DNA from: a virus
Virus record (IMG/VR): IMGVR_UViG_3300046463_000548
Span: 89,707-153,706 of that record
Strand: one strand, 5' to 3'
Length of the DNA: 64,000 bases
The translations under genes were made by a program, and so were the position numbers. How positions within the stretch are numbered: the stretch's first letter is position 1; each line of letters starts with the position of its first letter. Shown in pieces: positions 8,973 to 18,443 of this stretch. Below the pieces are notes generated by a model. The model was not told the origin of the DNA. It saw only the letters and a list, made by a program, of their open reading frames with translations, and made no database searches.

Positions 8973-11183
8973 TCATCTGTAGCGCTGGCCGTAGCGGTTA
9001 GCCATACCGGAACGTGACGCAAATCCTGGCATTGGCATGCCCACTCGATTGCCGTCGTAGTTGTACTTTCGAGCCTCAGACAAGCGCTCCATGACCTTTT
9101 CGTTATGGATGCATTTAGTCAGCAGCACAATCGCCCGCCAGATATCGTCCGTGGTGTGTTCGCCCTTTTCGGGTGCCCGCGTCGGGCCCGCATCGCGAAC
9201 GGTCACTGCCTGCAACAGGAAGTGAGCCACGGGCTTATTCATCATTTCCGTACGGTAGTTCTCCACGCGTCCGTCCAAGATGAAATCGATGTCTATTTGC
9301 TGGACTGTCGGCAGTATCAGGTTCTTGTTCTCGAACATCGCACGTGTCGCCTCAAAGTCGGCACGCTTTGGCGAATACTGCTTTGGCAGGGTCCGGGGTT
9401 TTCCATCCGGATTCAAGCCCATGTCCTGACGTATGCGGTACAGCAAGTCAATCGACTGCCACTGGTCGGCACCGAGCCCCACGGCGTTCAGGTCCTTTGC
9501 CAACTTCAAAATCACTTCCTGATATAACAGGTTGAAGTTGATCTTTCGGCCGTCCGTAGGCATACATTCAAGAATCGTGGATACGATGGTCTTGCCCGTA
9601 TCGAAATCGTAGTGCCCACCAGTAATCACGAATGAGTTGTTGGTGTGCCCCGCGTCGATTGCGATCACGGAGGGGTAGCGGAACGTTCTGATCTTCTCGA
9701 TCTTTCCGTAGACCTCGCCCGCGATGTCGTACTGGTAAATGAAGTTGTGACTGTTGTTGCCGTTGACGAAAATTCCTTCCTTCATCGTAGACGGCTGGAT
9801 AAAACGCGAGTGCACCGCTGGAGGGTTCGCGCCCCAATCTCGCTCTGCTTTTTCATAATTAGAGTTATAAGCAGCGACGATCATTGGTGATTGTCGTGTG
9901 AAACCTGGGTTCACTTCCCAGGTTGGCAAGTTAATGCCTAAGATGGTTTCACGTCCTACGTCTGTCTCTTTCGATTCCTTCAGCAGGCGCATCATCTTGT
10001 CGCGCATGGAGTAGGGTGAGGACACATTGAAGAGAACAGGTTTCGGGCAGGTGAAGTAGCCTTGCTTCATCAGGCTCTCATACACCATGTTCATCGTACC
10101 GAGACTTGTGAAAAGCGATTTGTGAGCTTCGTCAGCGTTGGCACGCTCCGAAGTCTCGTCTTCTTCCGTGTCGCCCTTCGGCAAAGGGAAGAGACCCAAC
10201 TCGTCCAGACCGGCGAAGATTCGCGTGTCACCACGGAGAACCGTTGAGCGCGGTCCAGACGGGTAGATAAAGAGGTTCCGGTGGTGGAATCGCATGTACT
10301 CGGTTGATACCTTGTACAGTTCCTTGCCGTATTTCTCTTTGTAGTGATCCATGATTTCGAAGTACTGCTGGAACCACACAGAGTCTTCGATAATCTTTTT
10401 ATACGGTGCCCACATCAAACCACGGGCTTTGCCAAACGTCAGGCTGACGAACGTACCCGTAAGTTCGGTTGACGACTGCATCAGCTTTGTGAGCGTAGCA
10501 ATCGGCGGGAATTTCAGATGCTTGTGCGTCAAGTACGACGAGTACATGGCCAGAGTCAGCGACTTACCGGAACGCTGACCTAGGACGTTCGCCAACTGGA
10601 TATAGTCGTTCAGACCATACTTACGTTTCAGCAGACGCTTCGACCGGCCGCAGTCAGGACACTTTCCCTTTTCCAGCAGTACGAGGTGGCGGGTGAGCTT
10701 ACGGGTGTCGTAGTCCACCGGCACATTGTGGACATCTAGCCATTCTTTCTTCGAGCAGCAGGGGCACACTTCACCGAAGAGCATCAACCCAATCCACATT
10801 TGCCGTGCGAACGGTGGATTGATCTTCTCGCCAAGAAGGTTGAAGCAGTAATCGAAGAAGTTTTTCGCCATCTTCAGATCGCGAGTATCAATCTTCAGAT
10901 CGTGCAGGGTCCCGGTCTCGTGATCCTCCGCCTCGTGCATGTAGCGACGGATGTCGAAGTCATCAATAGGGGAGCCGTCCGTGTCGTACCCGCCATCCTT
11001 GATGATATATTCCGTGTCCTTAACTTCCTTGACCTTGACGCCCCTTGGTGTGCTCTTGATCCGCTTTTTCTGAATGTCCTCCATCTGACTATCCGACAGG
11101 AGCATCGGAAACAGAATGTCGGCTTTTGCCTTCATCAAGCGAGTCGTCGCATCGTCTACCTGGCTATAATCTACCTTTCTCAT
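8973..11183 (-). CDS. terL: Terminase large subunit
   Basis: Walker A GQRSGKS, Walker B AGLDELG, VSSP motif, nuclease IAIDAG and C-terminal DD. Confidence 0.85.
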   Translation of the reverse strand: MRKVDYSQVDDATTRLMKAKADILFPMLLSDSQMEDIQKKRIKSTPRGVKVKEVKDTEYIIKDGGYDTDGSPIDDFDIRRYMHEAEDHETGTLHDLKIDTRDLKMAKNFFDYCFNLLGEKINPPFARQMWIGLMLFGEVCPCCSKKEWLDVHNVPVDYDTRKLTRHLVLLEKGKCPDCGRSKRLLKRKYGLNDYIQLANVLGQRSGKSLTLAMYSSYLTHKHLKFPPIATLTKLMQSSTELTGTFVSLTFGKARGLMWAPYKKIIEDSVWFQQYFEIMDHYKEKYGKELYKVSTEYMRFHHRNLFIYPSGPRSTVLRGDTRIFAGLDELGLFPLPKGDTEEDETSERANADEAHKSLFTSLGTMNMVYESLMKQGYFTCPKPVLFNVSSPYSMRDKMMRLLKESKETDVGRETILGINLPTWEVNPGFTRQSPMIVAAYNSNYEKAERDWGANPPAVHSRFIQPSTMKEGIFVNGNNSHNFIYQYDIAGEVYGKIEKIRTFRYPSVIAIDAGHTNNSFVITGGHYDFDTGKTIVSTILECMPTDGRKINFNLLYQEVILKLAKDLNAVGLGADQWQSIDLLYRIRQDMGLNPDGKPRTLPKQYSPKRADFEATRAMFENKNLILPTVQQIDIDFILDGRVENYRTEMMNKPVAHFLLQAVTVRDAGPTRAPEKGEHTTDDIWRAIVLLTKCIHNEKVMERLSEARKYNYDGNRVGMPMPGFASRSGMANRYGQRYR

Positions 11184-11185
11184 GA

Positions 11186-11893
11186 TCAGTCCAGTTGTTC
11201 AGACTCTTCGCTGATTGGTTTTCGTTTAGGCTTCGACGTTACCGGCTGCGGCTGCGTTGATGCTGATCGGCGCTCCGGTTCTGTTGGGTGGAGTATCATC
11301 ACTTCCTTTTTGGGAGTGATCGAGCCGACGAGTTCAGGAACGAGCGTTTCCGGCACGCCCATGTATTTCGCGATGAACTGTGCCATCCGGTAGCCGTGTG
11401 CGTACCGCATCATTTTTTCGAACTGCGCGAACGGCTCCTGATCAATAGGGGCGTCCAGTGTTCGCTGAAGCACGTCCATCGCCTGCGTGGTGCCCGCACT
11501 GACAGCCAGCACCTTGGGACCCATTTCCTTCGTGAAGAAGGAATAGACCTTTTCAATGTTGGGCGTCAGCTTAGGCGGCAGTTCCTTCGCGTACAGCTTG
11601 AGCTTCTTTTCAACTTCGCCGTTCACCACTTCCAGAGTGGTTGGTTGCACGCCTTGTTTAAGCGTATCCACCGACTCAGCGAACGATGGGCTTAGATGAA
11701 AAAAGAAGCGCGAGCGTTTCTTTTGCTGCTTGTTCTTTTCGGGCTTTGGTTTGCGCTTCGGGGCAGGGTCATCTGCAGCACGCTTCGCTGACGGCGTTGC
11801 GTACGCAATGTTAGCAATGGCCGAAAGCACGTCATCTGCATCCTGCTCCTGCTTCCTTGTCTGAAGAACCAAATAACTGCTGCTTCCGGCCAT
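11186..11893 (-). CDS. Hypothetical protein
   Basis: 235 aa ORF between recombinase and terminase. Confidence 0.7.
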   Translation of the reverse strand: MAGSSSYLVLQTRKQEQDADDVLSAIANIAYATPSAKRAADDPAPKRKPKPEKNKQQKKRSRFFFHLSPSFAESVDTLKQGVQPTTLEVVNGEVEKKLKLYAKELPPKLTPNIEKVYSFFTKEMGPKVLAVSAGTTQAMDVLQRTLDAPIDQEPFAQFEKMMRYAHGYRMAQFIAKYMGVPETLVPELVGSITPKKEVMILHPTEPERRSASTQPQPVTSKPKRKPISEESEQLD

Positions 11894-11898
11894 TTCGT

Positions 11899-13317
11899 TT
11901 ATTCCTCGTCGCTCTCTGCGGTCTTGCCAGCCTGACGTGTCAGGCTGAACAGTTCTTCTGCCTTGCCGGACCGCATCTGTTTGAAACAGTATTTCCGCAA
12001 GTCAAACGGCTTGTAGCCGAGTTGATTACAGATTTCCGTTTTCTGTGCCTTGTCGCCCAGAATCCATTGCTTCAGAGTCAGCCAATGAACAGGCTTGGCT
12101 GTCGGTCCAAAACCGTCGATGTTGACCTTCAGCTTCTTGCGGTCGTTACCGACAATCTGTCCCGTCAACTGCATGTAGTACAGCGTGTCGAACACAGGAT
12201 CGATACCGCGAGCCTCACCCTTTTGGTCTTCAACCCAAAGGCGAATCCAGACCTTGCGATCTGGTAGCGAAAGCTTGTTCTTCTTGTTCTGGATACGCAC
12301 GTAGCGGTAGCGGTCCACGCCTTTACCATCGGCAGACTTCTCGATTTCGCGGCGCTCTTCCTTGTCCAACTGACCATTGAACGGAAAGCCTGAGGTCAGC
12401 GACGTGAACCATGAGCGCGCGTCACTGTAAAACTTGAGCGCGTTACCGCACGCTTCCTTTTCCTTCGGTCCATACATGGCCATCGGAATTTCGCGCAACT
12501 GGTTCAGGCCGTACAGCGCGACCATCTTGTCAGCCATGCGCGCCTTGATCCGGGGCAGGTGCTTTGCGTAGAATCGTGCGTGAACACCCAGCGAGTTATC
12601 TACTTCTTCCTCGTCGTTCGAATCCGGATTCAGCGCAGGCCACGAGTCCATAATGATCAGGCCCTGGAGTTTGCCGTCTTTGGCTTTAACCCACAGACCC
12701 TTACCGTATTTCCGGCGCATGGTTGCATCTGCAACATCGCCTACCATCGCTTTGTGTTTCTTGTTGTCCTCATCGAACACGAGCCACCACTCATCACCAA
12801 CGTAGCGCTTGTCCGGTAGCATCTTCAGCGTCGAGTGAAACCAGTTGAAGAACCGTTCGCCAGACTTCGGGCTCATGTAACGAACGCGAGGTGTGATCAC
12901 CCACTTGCCGCTGGTCTTGTCCTTCTTGCCGAAGAGTTGGTCGGTCGTGAGGTTCACGCCCATCGTGCGCAGAATGTTCGACACGTACGGAATCGAATTG
13001 CGCGTTGAGCCTTCTGCGTCGGCAAAGACGATCATGTCGATGTTTTCCTGCACGGCCGATGCCATCACGTTCACTGCCGCAGTCGTCTTCGATGACTGCT
13101 CGAAGCCCGCGCCACCGTACATTGCCGGACGGACACCGCCACCCAACAGGTGGTCATAACACAGCAGGCCGGTTGACATCGGCTCCGAGACATCATTGAT
13201 GTCTGTATCGAGACCTTGCCGAGCACCGACCTCGTCAAGCGTGTCGTTGATCATCCCCGAAATATCGAAGTATGATGTTTCCTGTGTTGCTTCTTTCGCA
13301 ACTTTTTTCGTCGCCAT
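11899..13317 (-). CDS. recA: RecA/UvsX-like recombinase
   Basis: STG..YD..LGGG, GFEQSSKTT, IIMDSWPAL, LNQLR, GNALKFYSDAR. Confidence 0.85.
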   Translation of the reverse strand: MATKKVAKEATQETSYFDISGMINDTLDEVGARQGLDTDINDVSEPMSTGLLCYDHLLGGGVRPAMYGGAGFEQSSKTTAAVNVMASAVQENIDMIVFADAEGSTRNSIPYVSNILRTMGVNLTTDQLFGKKDKTSGKWVITPRVRYMSPKSGERFFNWFHSTLKMLPDKRYVGDEWWLVFDEDNKKHKAMVGDVADATMRRKYGKGLWVKAKDGKLQGLIIMDSWPALNPDSNDEEEVDNSLGVHARFYAKHLPRIKARMADKMVALYGLNQLREIPMAMYGPKEKEACGNALKFYSDARSWFTSLTSGFPFNGQLDKEERREIEKSADGKGVDRYRYVRIQNKKNKLSLPDRKVWIRLWVEDQKGEARGIDPVFDTLYYMQLTGQIVGNDRKKLKVNIDGFGPTAKPVHWLTLKQWILGDKAQKTEICNQLGYKPFDLRKYCFKQMRSGKAEELFSLTRQAGKTAESDEE

Positions 13318-13341
13318 TCAATGCACCTGAGTTTGGGGTAC

Positions 13342-13382
13342 AAAAGAAAAGGCCCGCAGCCCTCAAGAGAGGGTCACGGGCC
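13342..13382 (-). terminator. Rho-independent terminator
   Basis: GGCCCG..CGGGCC stem with inner CCCTC/GAGGG, followed by TTTTCTTTT. Confidence 0.75.
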
Positions 13383-13406
13383 GGGTTTCAATCGAGGGAC
13401 TAACGA

Positions 13407-14912
13407 TCAATCGTCTAGGTCGTCGTCATCCTCATCACGGGCAGGCTTACGCTTCGAACTGCGCTTAGGAGCGGGTTCGTCGTCTTCATCTTCATCCGGA
13501 TCGGGACGGCGTTTCTTCGAGGTGCGCTTCGGTGCCGGTTCGTCGTCTTCGTCTTCGTCATCGCGGGACGCTTTGCCACGCTTCTTGGGCGGCTCGTCGT
13601 CTTCATCTTCGTCGTCTTCATCCGGATCAGGGCGACGCTTCTTGTTCGACTTCGACTTGGCGCTCACGCCTTCGTCGTCCTCGTCTTCGTCTGAATCGTC
13701 ATCCCCGTCATCGTCGTCTTCCTCAGAGGCACGTTTTGAGCGACCCTTGGCTGAACTGGCGCTGCTTGTGCCGGTCTTGCCTTTGCCACGACGCGGTTCA
13801 TCGTCATCATCGTCTTGATCGTCATCGTCTTCATCCTCATCGCGCGATGATTTCGAACCACGCTTCTTGGGCGGCTCATCCTCATCGTCCAGATCGTCGT
13901 CATCGTCATCACGCGACGGCTTACCGCGCTTTTTCGAAGCGGGTTCGTCGTCGTCATCCTCATCCTCATCCGGGTCGGGGCGGCGCTTGCTGCTACGCTT
14001 GGGGCGATCTTCTTCGTCCTCGTCTTCATCTTCGTCAGATGAACGACGCTTGCTGCGCTTCGGCTGCTCGTCCTCGTCGTCCTCGTCTTCGTCACGCTTC
14101 TTCGAACGTTGCTTGCGCTTCGGTTCGTCATCGAGTTCGATACCGGCGCGTTTGCAGAACCCTTCAAAGTCGCGCTTGACTTCTTCGTCGGTCTGCTCGG
14201 TGACCAGATTCGACGTGTCGTAGCGGAGAAGTGCCAGTTCTTCTTCGGTCAGCGGCGTGCGCTCGCCCAACTGAATCTGATACTGATCAGCCGGTGACTT
14301 CTCACCGTCGTAATAGATGCGAACATCGCAACCGTATGCTTCGTCGGCAACGCTGTAGGCTTTGCTACCTGACTTCTTCGAACGAACGACGTTCAGCCCC
14401 TTGAGTTCCTTCACCTTCTCAACGAGTGAAGGGGGCATTGCAAACACCGTCCATGGCGTCCACGTGTCCGAATCCTTGTCCTTGAATCCCGACTCGCGCT
14501 CTGCACGCGTGGGCTTCGTCAGAGTTGACGGAGCCTGACGTTGTGCCGAGCGCAACAGGAAGTCCGCATAGAACTTCTTGTTGATCTGGATCGTCATCTT
14601 CTCTTTCGCTACACCCTCGTCCTTCTCTTTCTGCCAGAGCGCGAACCAAGGATCGTAGATCGTGGAATCGAACGAGCCAGACTGCGGGTCCCACGAGCGA
14701 AGATTGACCGGGAATTTCCCCTTGCCGCCGCCGTCCTTCTTCTTGTAATTAACCCAGCCGGTTGCATAGCTGTTCAGTCCGCCATACAGTCGCCCCGTTA
14801 CCCATTTCTTTTCAGGAAGCTTGAGTAGGTTGACCAGGTCAGTTACCTTGACCTTTTCTGAGCGCGAGTTTGTCTTAGCGTCGTCAAAAGAGACGCTTCG
14901 TTGCTTAGCCAT
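13407..14912 (-). CDS. Single-stranded DNA-binding protein (gp32-like, probable) with long acidic/basic repeat tail
   Basis: Globular N-terminal ~260 aa (G.DVRIYY...YQIQ), then D/E and K/R blocks ending DDDDLDD; next to RecA-like gene. Confidence 0.6.
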   Translation of the reverse strand: MAKQRSVSFDDAKTNSRSEKVKVTDLVNLLKLPEKKWVTGRLYGGLNSYATGWVNYKKKDGGGKGKFPVNLRSWDPQSGSFDSTIYDPWFALWQKEKDEGVAKEKMTIQINKKFYADFLLRSAQRQAPSTLTKPTRAERESGFKDKDSDTWTPWTVFAMPPSLVEKVKELKGLNVVRSKKSGSKAYSVADEAYGCDVRIYYDGEKSPADQYQIQLGERTPLTEEELALLRYDTSNLVTEQTDEEVKRDFEGFCKRAGIELDDEPKRKQRSKKRDEDEDDEDEQPKRSKRRSSDEDEDEDEEDRPKRSSKRRPDPDEDEDDDDEPASKKRGKPSRDDDDDDLDDEDEPPKKRGSKSSRDEDEDDDDQDDDDDEPRRGKGKTGTSSASSAKGRSKRASEEDDDDGDDDSDEDEDDEGVSAKSKSNKKRRPDPDEDDEDEDDEPPKKRGKASRDDEDEDDEPAPKRTSKKRRPDPDEDEDDEPAPKRSSKRKPARDEDDDDLDD

Positions 14913-14949
14913 CTGGAAAGTCCTTTGAGGGGAGGGTTACACTATTTAT

Positions 14950-15315
14950 TTACTGCGGAGCAACCGGTTTCATGTGCTCAACACAACTCGTTAAATCTCG
15001 CAACATGTCCAATAAAATCCGCCGTTGTTCAGCAGCGTCCTGCGTTTGAAGCACAGCGTTGAGAGAGACAACCGTTGCTTGAAGCACTGCCTGCTGCTGA
15101 ACGGAGCGCTCATATGCCTTAAGCTTGATTTGCTCAGTGATCAGCGAAACGACGGCGGCCATTTGCTGGTCGTTCAGTTTGTCCATGAGCAGGCGACCCG
15201 CTAGCTCTTCAGCTTGCTTCGCCCGCATCGCATAGTTGGAGACGAGGCTCTTCATCGCAGCTAGCGACAGTTCAAGTGAGGCTTCGCGGCTGTTGTTGCG
15301 TGACTGGAATGTCAT
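14950..15315 (-). CDS. Hypothetical coiled-coil protein
   Basis: 121 aa ORF coupled to sigma gene. Confidence 0.65.
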   Translation of the reverse strand: MTFQSRNNSREASLELSLAAMKSLVSNYAMRAKQAEELAGRLLMDKLNDQQMAAVVSLITEQIKLKAYERSVQQQAVLQATVVSLNAVLQTQDAAEQRRILLDMLRDLTSCVEHMKPVAPQ

Positions 15316-16286
15316 GCATCCTCCAGAACAAACATTCGGAGTATTTCGCGATGCTCAGGACTGACGGTCTCAGGTATGCCCATGGACGCGCGGAGTATCC
15401 CCAGAGGGTCGAGCGGCTTCGTGATGTGCGCAACGTGCTCGATCAACTCTGAGGAAGTGTCTTGCTCGCAGTAGCCGATTACGTCTGAGACGGAATCTCC
15501 AAGCTCTTCAACCAGAGACTCATACGACTGATCGTTCTGTGTCTTGGCTAACTCAGCTACTTCGGATCGGCCGCTCTTAAACCAGTTCTGAATGAACGTC
15601 GTGAGAACACCCTGACGCGCGTCGCACCGGTCAATCGCCCGCGATGTCACCATGAGATAAATCTGCACAATGTCATCGAGCTTGATGTAGTGGTTGTAGT
15701 CCTTGTACGTGGCTTGGGCGGAGTTCAGCGCCAACCGGTAATACTTCTCGGTGATCATCTCCTTCCACTTTTGCGCCTTCTCATACCAGTACTTGACCTG
15801 GAGAATGCAGTTGTAGAGTGAGCCGCCCGTGCGCAGACCAACGGCGCGTTCCATCTGCCACATTTTCGATTTGCGGATCGTCGTGTCCATCTCGACAAAC
15901 GGCGAATGCAGCTTCTCGTAGCCTGCCAGGCAGCGTAGGAAGACCAGGATCAATCCGAATGACAGACCACGGTTCAGGAACATCTTCTTCGCGTGCTCGC
16001 GCGCCTTAACCGTATCCTGCGTTGTCACCAGATTGAAGAGATGGATGGGCAGCTTCGAGCGGTCGTCGCTGGAAAACTTGGTGCTCGATTTGAGCGTCTG
16101 GTTGGAGACAACCTTAGCGATGTAGTTATTGAAGAAAGCTGGACACTCATCGTGTATCGGGGATAGCGCGTTCCATAGGAACATGTCCAGCGTCTGCAAA
16201 TATTCCAAGCTGAGAAGATTCTTTTCGATCTTCTCCCGTATGTTCTTCAGCTTGGAAAATGATTCTGAATGTTCATAGTCCTTCAT
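15312..16286 (-). CDS. Phage sigma70-family sigma factor
   Basis: DDIVQIYLMVTSRAIDRCDARQGVLTTFIQNWFK aligns by eye to sigma region 2 (DLIQEG..GL..AV.KFD..RG..FSTYA.WW); no clear region 4. Confidence 0.65.
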   Translation of the reverse strand: MKDYEHSESFSKLKNIREKIEKNLLSLEYLQTLDMFLWNALSPIHDECPAFFNNYIAKVVSNQTLKSSTKFSSDDRSKLPIHLFNLVTTQDTVKAREHAKKMFLNRGLSFGLILVFLRCLAGYEKLHSPFVEMDTTIRKSKMWQMERAVGLRTGGSLYNCILQVKYWYEKAQKWKEMITEKYYRLALNSAQATYKDYNHYIKLDDIVQIYLMVTSRAIDRCDARQGVLTTFIQNWFKSGRSEVAELAKTQNDQSYESLVEELGDSVSDVIGYCEQDTSSELIEHVAHITKPLDPLGILRASMGIPETVSPEHREILRMFVLEDA

Positions 16287-17113
16287 TTTCTACCTTTCGA
16301 TGCCGGACCACGGTTCGCGCGTCCCGGTGCGGATTTCGAGCTTGGCGCTCGCATTGCTGCGGGTGGCGGTTTCACGGCTACGGGCTTCGGTGCTGTTCTG
16401 GGGGCAGTCATCATCGCAGGGGGTGCTGAGCGCGGAGGCTGCGACTTAACGGCTGGTGATTTCTTCGCTGGCGGGTTCTGCATTGACTTCGGAAGCGTGG
16501 ATTGTTTCTTGCCCGGTTTCACTGAACGCTGAACATTCTTCGGCGTGTTGATCTTCACGGGCTTGATCAGTTGCTCCTTGCGTTTGCGTTCTTCCTCTTC
16601 CTTCCGGCGCTTCAACTCGGAAGGCGGAACCTGAATCTCAGGCACACCGATGGGCGACTGGCCCTTCTTAGGAGGCTTCGGTCTTGGCAACTGATCTTTG
16701 ATCTTGTTGTACAGAGCAACAAGGTGCTTGCACTGAGCGGGCCGCATTTGTGGGTTGCGGATCACTGGCAGTTCGCCGTTCGAATATTCGATGTCGGCCG
16801 CCTGCTTGTGATTCAACGCGACTTCCCAACGGTATTTGAAGTCAGCACACGAGCACGAAACAATCACGTGTAGATACGTGTCGAGAAAGATGATGACGGT
16901 CACGTACCGGTTTGGCTTTCCGTTCTTGCCCGTCTTGTTCTTTACGAATTTCTGCTTGTAGTGATCCCAGACCTTTGTTGAGTAGGATGCGGAGGCAACA
17001 TAGCCACGTCCCAGCGAATCCCAGCCCTTTTTCTGGTGCACGATCTTTACGTACTTTGCAGACTCGTGGCGACGTTTGTTAACTCTTTTGACAATCTGGG
17101 GCAGCGTTAGCAT
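16283..17113 (-). CDS. SWIM zinc-finger protein with basic Pro-rich tail
   Basis: VSCSCADF.YRW...CKH. Confidence 0.7.
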   Translation of the reverse strand: MLTLPQIVKRVNKRRHESAKYVKIVHQKKGWDSLGRGYVASASYSTKVWDHYKQKFVKNKTGKNGKPNRYVTVIIFLDTYLHVIVSCSCADFKYRWEVALNHKQAADIEYSNGELPVIRNPQMRPAQCKHLVALYNKIKDQLPRPKPPKKGQSPIGVPEIQVPPSELKRRKEEEERKRKEQLIKPVKINTPKNVQRSVKPGKKQSTLPKSMQNPPAKKSPAVKSQPPRSAPPAMMTAPRTAPKPVAVKPPPAAMRAPSSKSAPGRANRGPASKGRK

Positions 17114-17168
17114 AGTTACCTCTAATGCCTTATGTAGAACATCAAATTACGCTGCCCCGTGCTTCGCT

Positions 17169-18230
17169 CTATGCTTCGTACAAGAAGGTTGTGCCTCCGA
17201 CAAGTTTGCGATTCGCAGACGTTGACTGAACAAAAACCGTGTACTTGCTTGTATCAAAACCTGCATCCCGTGGATTCAGATTGATAGATGCACCATGGGG
17301 CAGACCCAACACCTCACGAGCAGCCGCACCCTCGAACAGGTCACCGGTCTCGCGGTCGAGAATCAGGACTTCTTTCGATGCCTGAATCGTTTCGCGCTTG
17401 GTGAATTCGTAGAAGCCACGACCGATCTTGAAAACAAGGCCGTTATCGAGCACGAACTCCTTGATAGCTCGGTCTGTCGTGACTGGAATGCGTTGGAATC
17501 GCGATGGGTCTGTAGCACGGGCATCGACCGAAGCGAACGTGCCGGTTGCCGGATCACGCTTCATCACCTTGTCGAAGATCGCGGACAGCGAACGGGTCAT
17601 GCGCTTTTCGGCTACGACTTCGGCCTCGTACGTCTGTACCGCTTCCGGACTCACCTGGCTGTAGGCAAGCGCAACCAGCATTTCCGTCGCTTCGCTAAAC
17701 TGCGAGAGACGCAGGTGGGCACCACCAGTTGTCGCTGCAATCGTCTGGTAGAAAGATTCGGCGTACCGGTTGTTGAGAGCCTGCACGCCGTGGATCACGA
17801 CACCCAGATCGAGCAGCGCTTTCGCTTCGGCTCTCCAGTCGATATGTCCAGGGTTATGCGCAAGCATGTGCGGCACATCGTCCCCGATCATGATCAACAG
17901 ACGACGCGAGTCGGGCGTCCACTGCATTTTCGTGCGGGCCTCTTGAAGCACCAGTTCGTAGCATTCGGGCGCGTCACCGCCGTGGGTAGCTTCGACGTTC
18001 TTGACGAAATATGAAACGGCGTTCGGATCGTTCGTCAGTTGCAGGTGCTTCGTCACGTAGGTCCGACCCGCGTCGCAGTAGTCACCGTGCGCGATGATGC
18101 CAACGCGCAGATTGGGAACTTCCTTGAACAGCCGGGTAGCAGTCGCGTCCACACGACGGCGCACCTCAGACAGGCACGGGTACATTGAACCCGTTGTATC
18201 GAAGCTCAGAACAATGTCAATCGGTTGCAT
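17169..18230 (-). CDS. von Willebrand factor A domain protein
   Basis: DTTGSM MIDAS, GGDAPECYE, IGDDVPH. Confidence 0.85.
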   Translation of the reverse strand: MQPIDIVLSFDTTGSMYPCLSEVRRRVDATATRLFKEVPNLRVGIIAHGDYCDAGRTYVTKHLQLTNDPNAVSYFVKNVEATHGGDAPECYELVLQEARTKMQWTPDSRRLLIMIGDDVPHMLAHNPGHIDWRAEAKALLDLGVVIHGVQALNNRYAESFYQTIAATTGGAHLRLSQFSEATEMLVALAYSQVSPEAVQTYEAEVVAEKRMTRSLSAIFDKVMKRDPATGTFASVDARATDPSRFQRIPVTTDRAIKEFVLDNGLVFKIGRGFYEFTKRETIQASKEVLILDRETGDLFEGAAAREVLGLPHGASINLNPRDAGFDTSKYTVFVQSTSANRKLVGGTTFLYEA

Positions 18231-18255
18231 TTATTCTCCAGGGAAGGGAGTTCGA

Positions 18256-18312
18256 TCAGAACAGGCGGAAGAACACGCCGAACCACAGCATGCAAATTGT
18301 GTAGAAGCGCAT
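18256..18312 (-). CDS. Tiny hydrophobic peptide (18 aa)
   Basis: MRFYTICMLWFGVFFRLF; TGATG overlap with upstream small ORF. Confidence 0.35.
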   Translation of the reverse strand: MRFYTICMLWFGVFFRLF

Positions 18313-18443
18313 CAGATGACCCTCACATGCTTGTAGATAAACGCGCAGGCCGCGCCTATCTGCTGCCCACACGACCAGATACCGCTGATCCCCGACCATA
18401 AGATCACGGCGAGGATCAGCCCCCGCTGAATATGGCGCTTCAT
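18312..18443 (-). CDS. Small membrane protein (43 aa)
   Basis: MKRHIQRGLILAVILWSGISGIWSC...; ATGA overlap with thyX stop. Confidence 0.5.
   Translation of the reverse strand: MKRHIQRGLILAVILWSGISGIWSCGQQIGAACAFIYKHVRVI

Noticed and set aside
8973-11183. Intein in terminase or polymerase
   Set aside because: Extra segments are a CPCC/CPDC zinc ribbon and a coiled coil; no C-start/HN-end splicing motifs or LAGLIDADG
13321-14223. Ser-rich antisense ORFs and repeats as CRISPR or separate genes (also 63082-63997)
   Set aside because: They are shadows of Asp/Glu codon repeats; no constant repeat with unique spacers and no cas genes
17169-18230. vWA protein as Ro60/TROVE partner of the Y-like RNA (also 46348-47085)
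   Set aside because: The vWA domain is N-terminal or stand-alone, with no preceding TROVE helical domain
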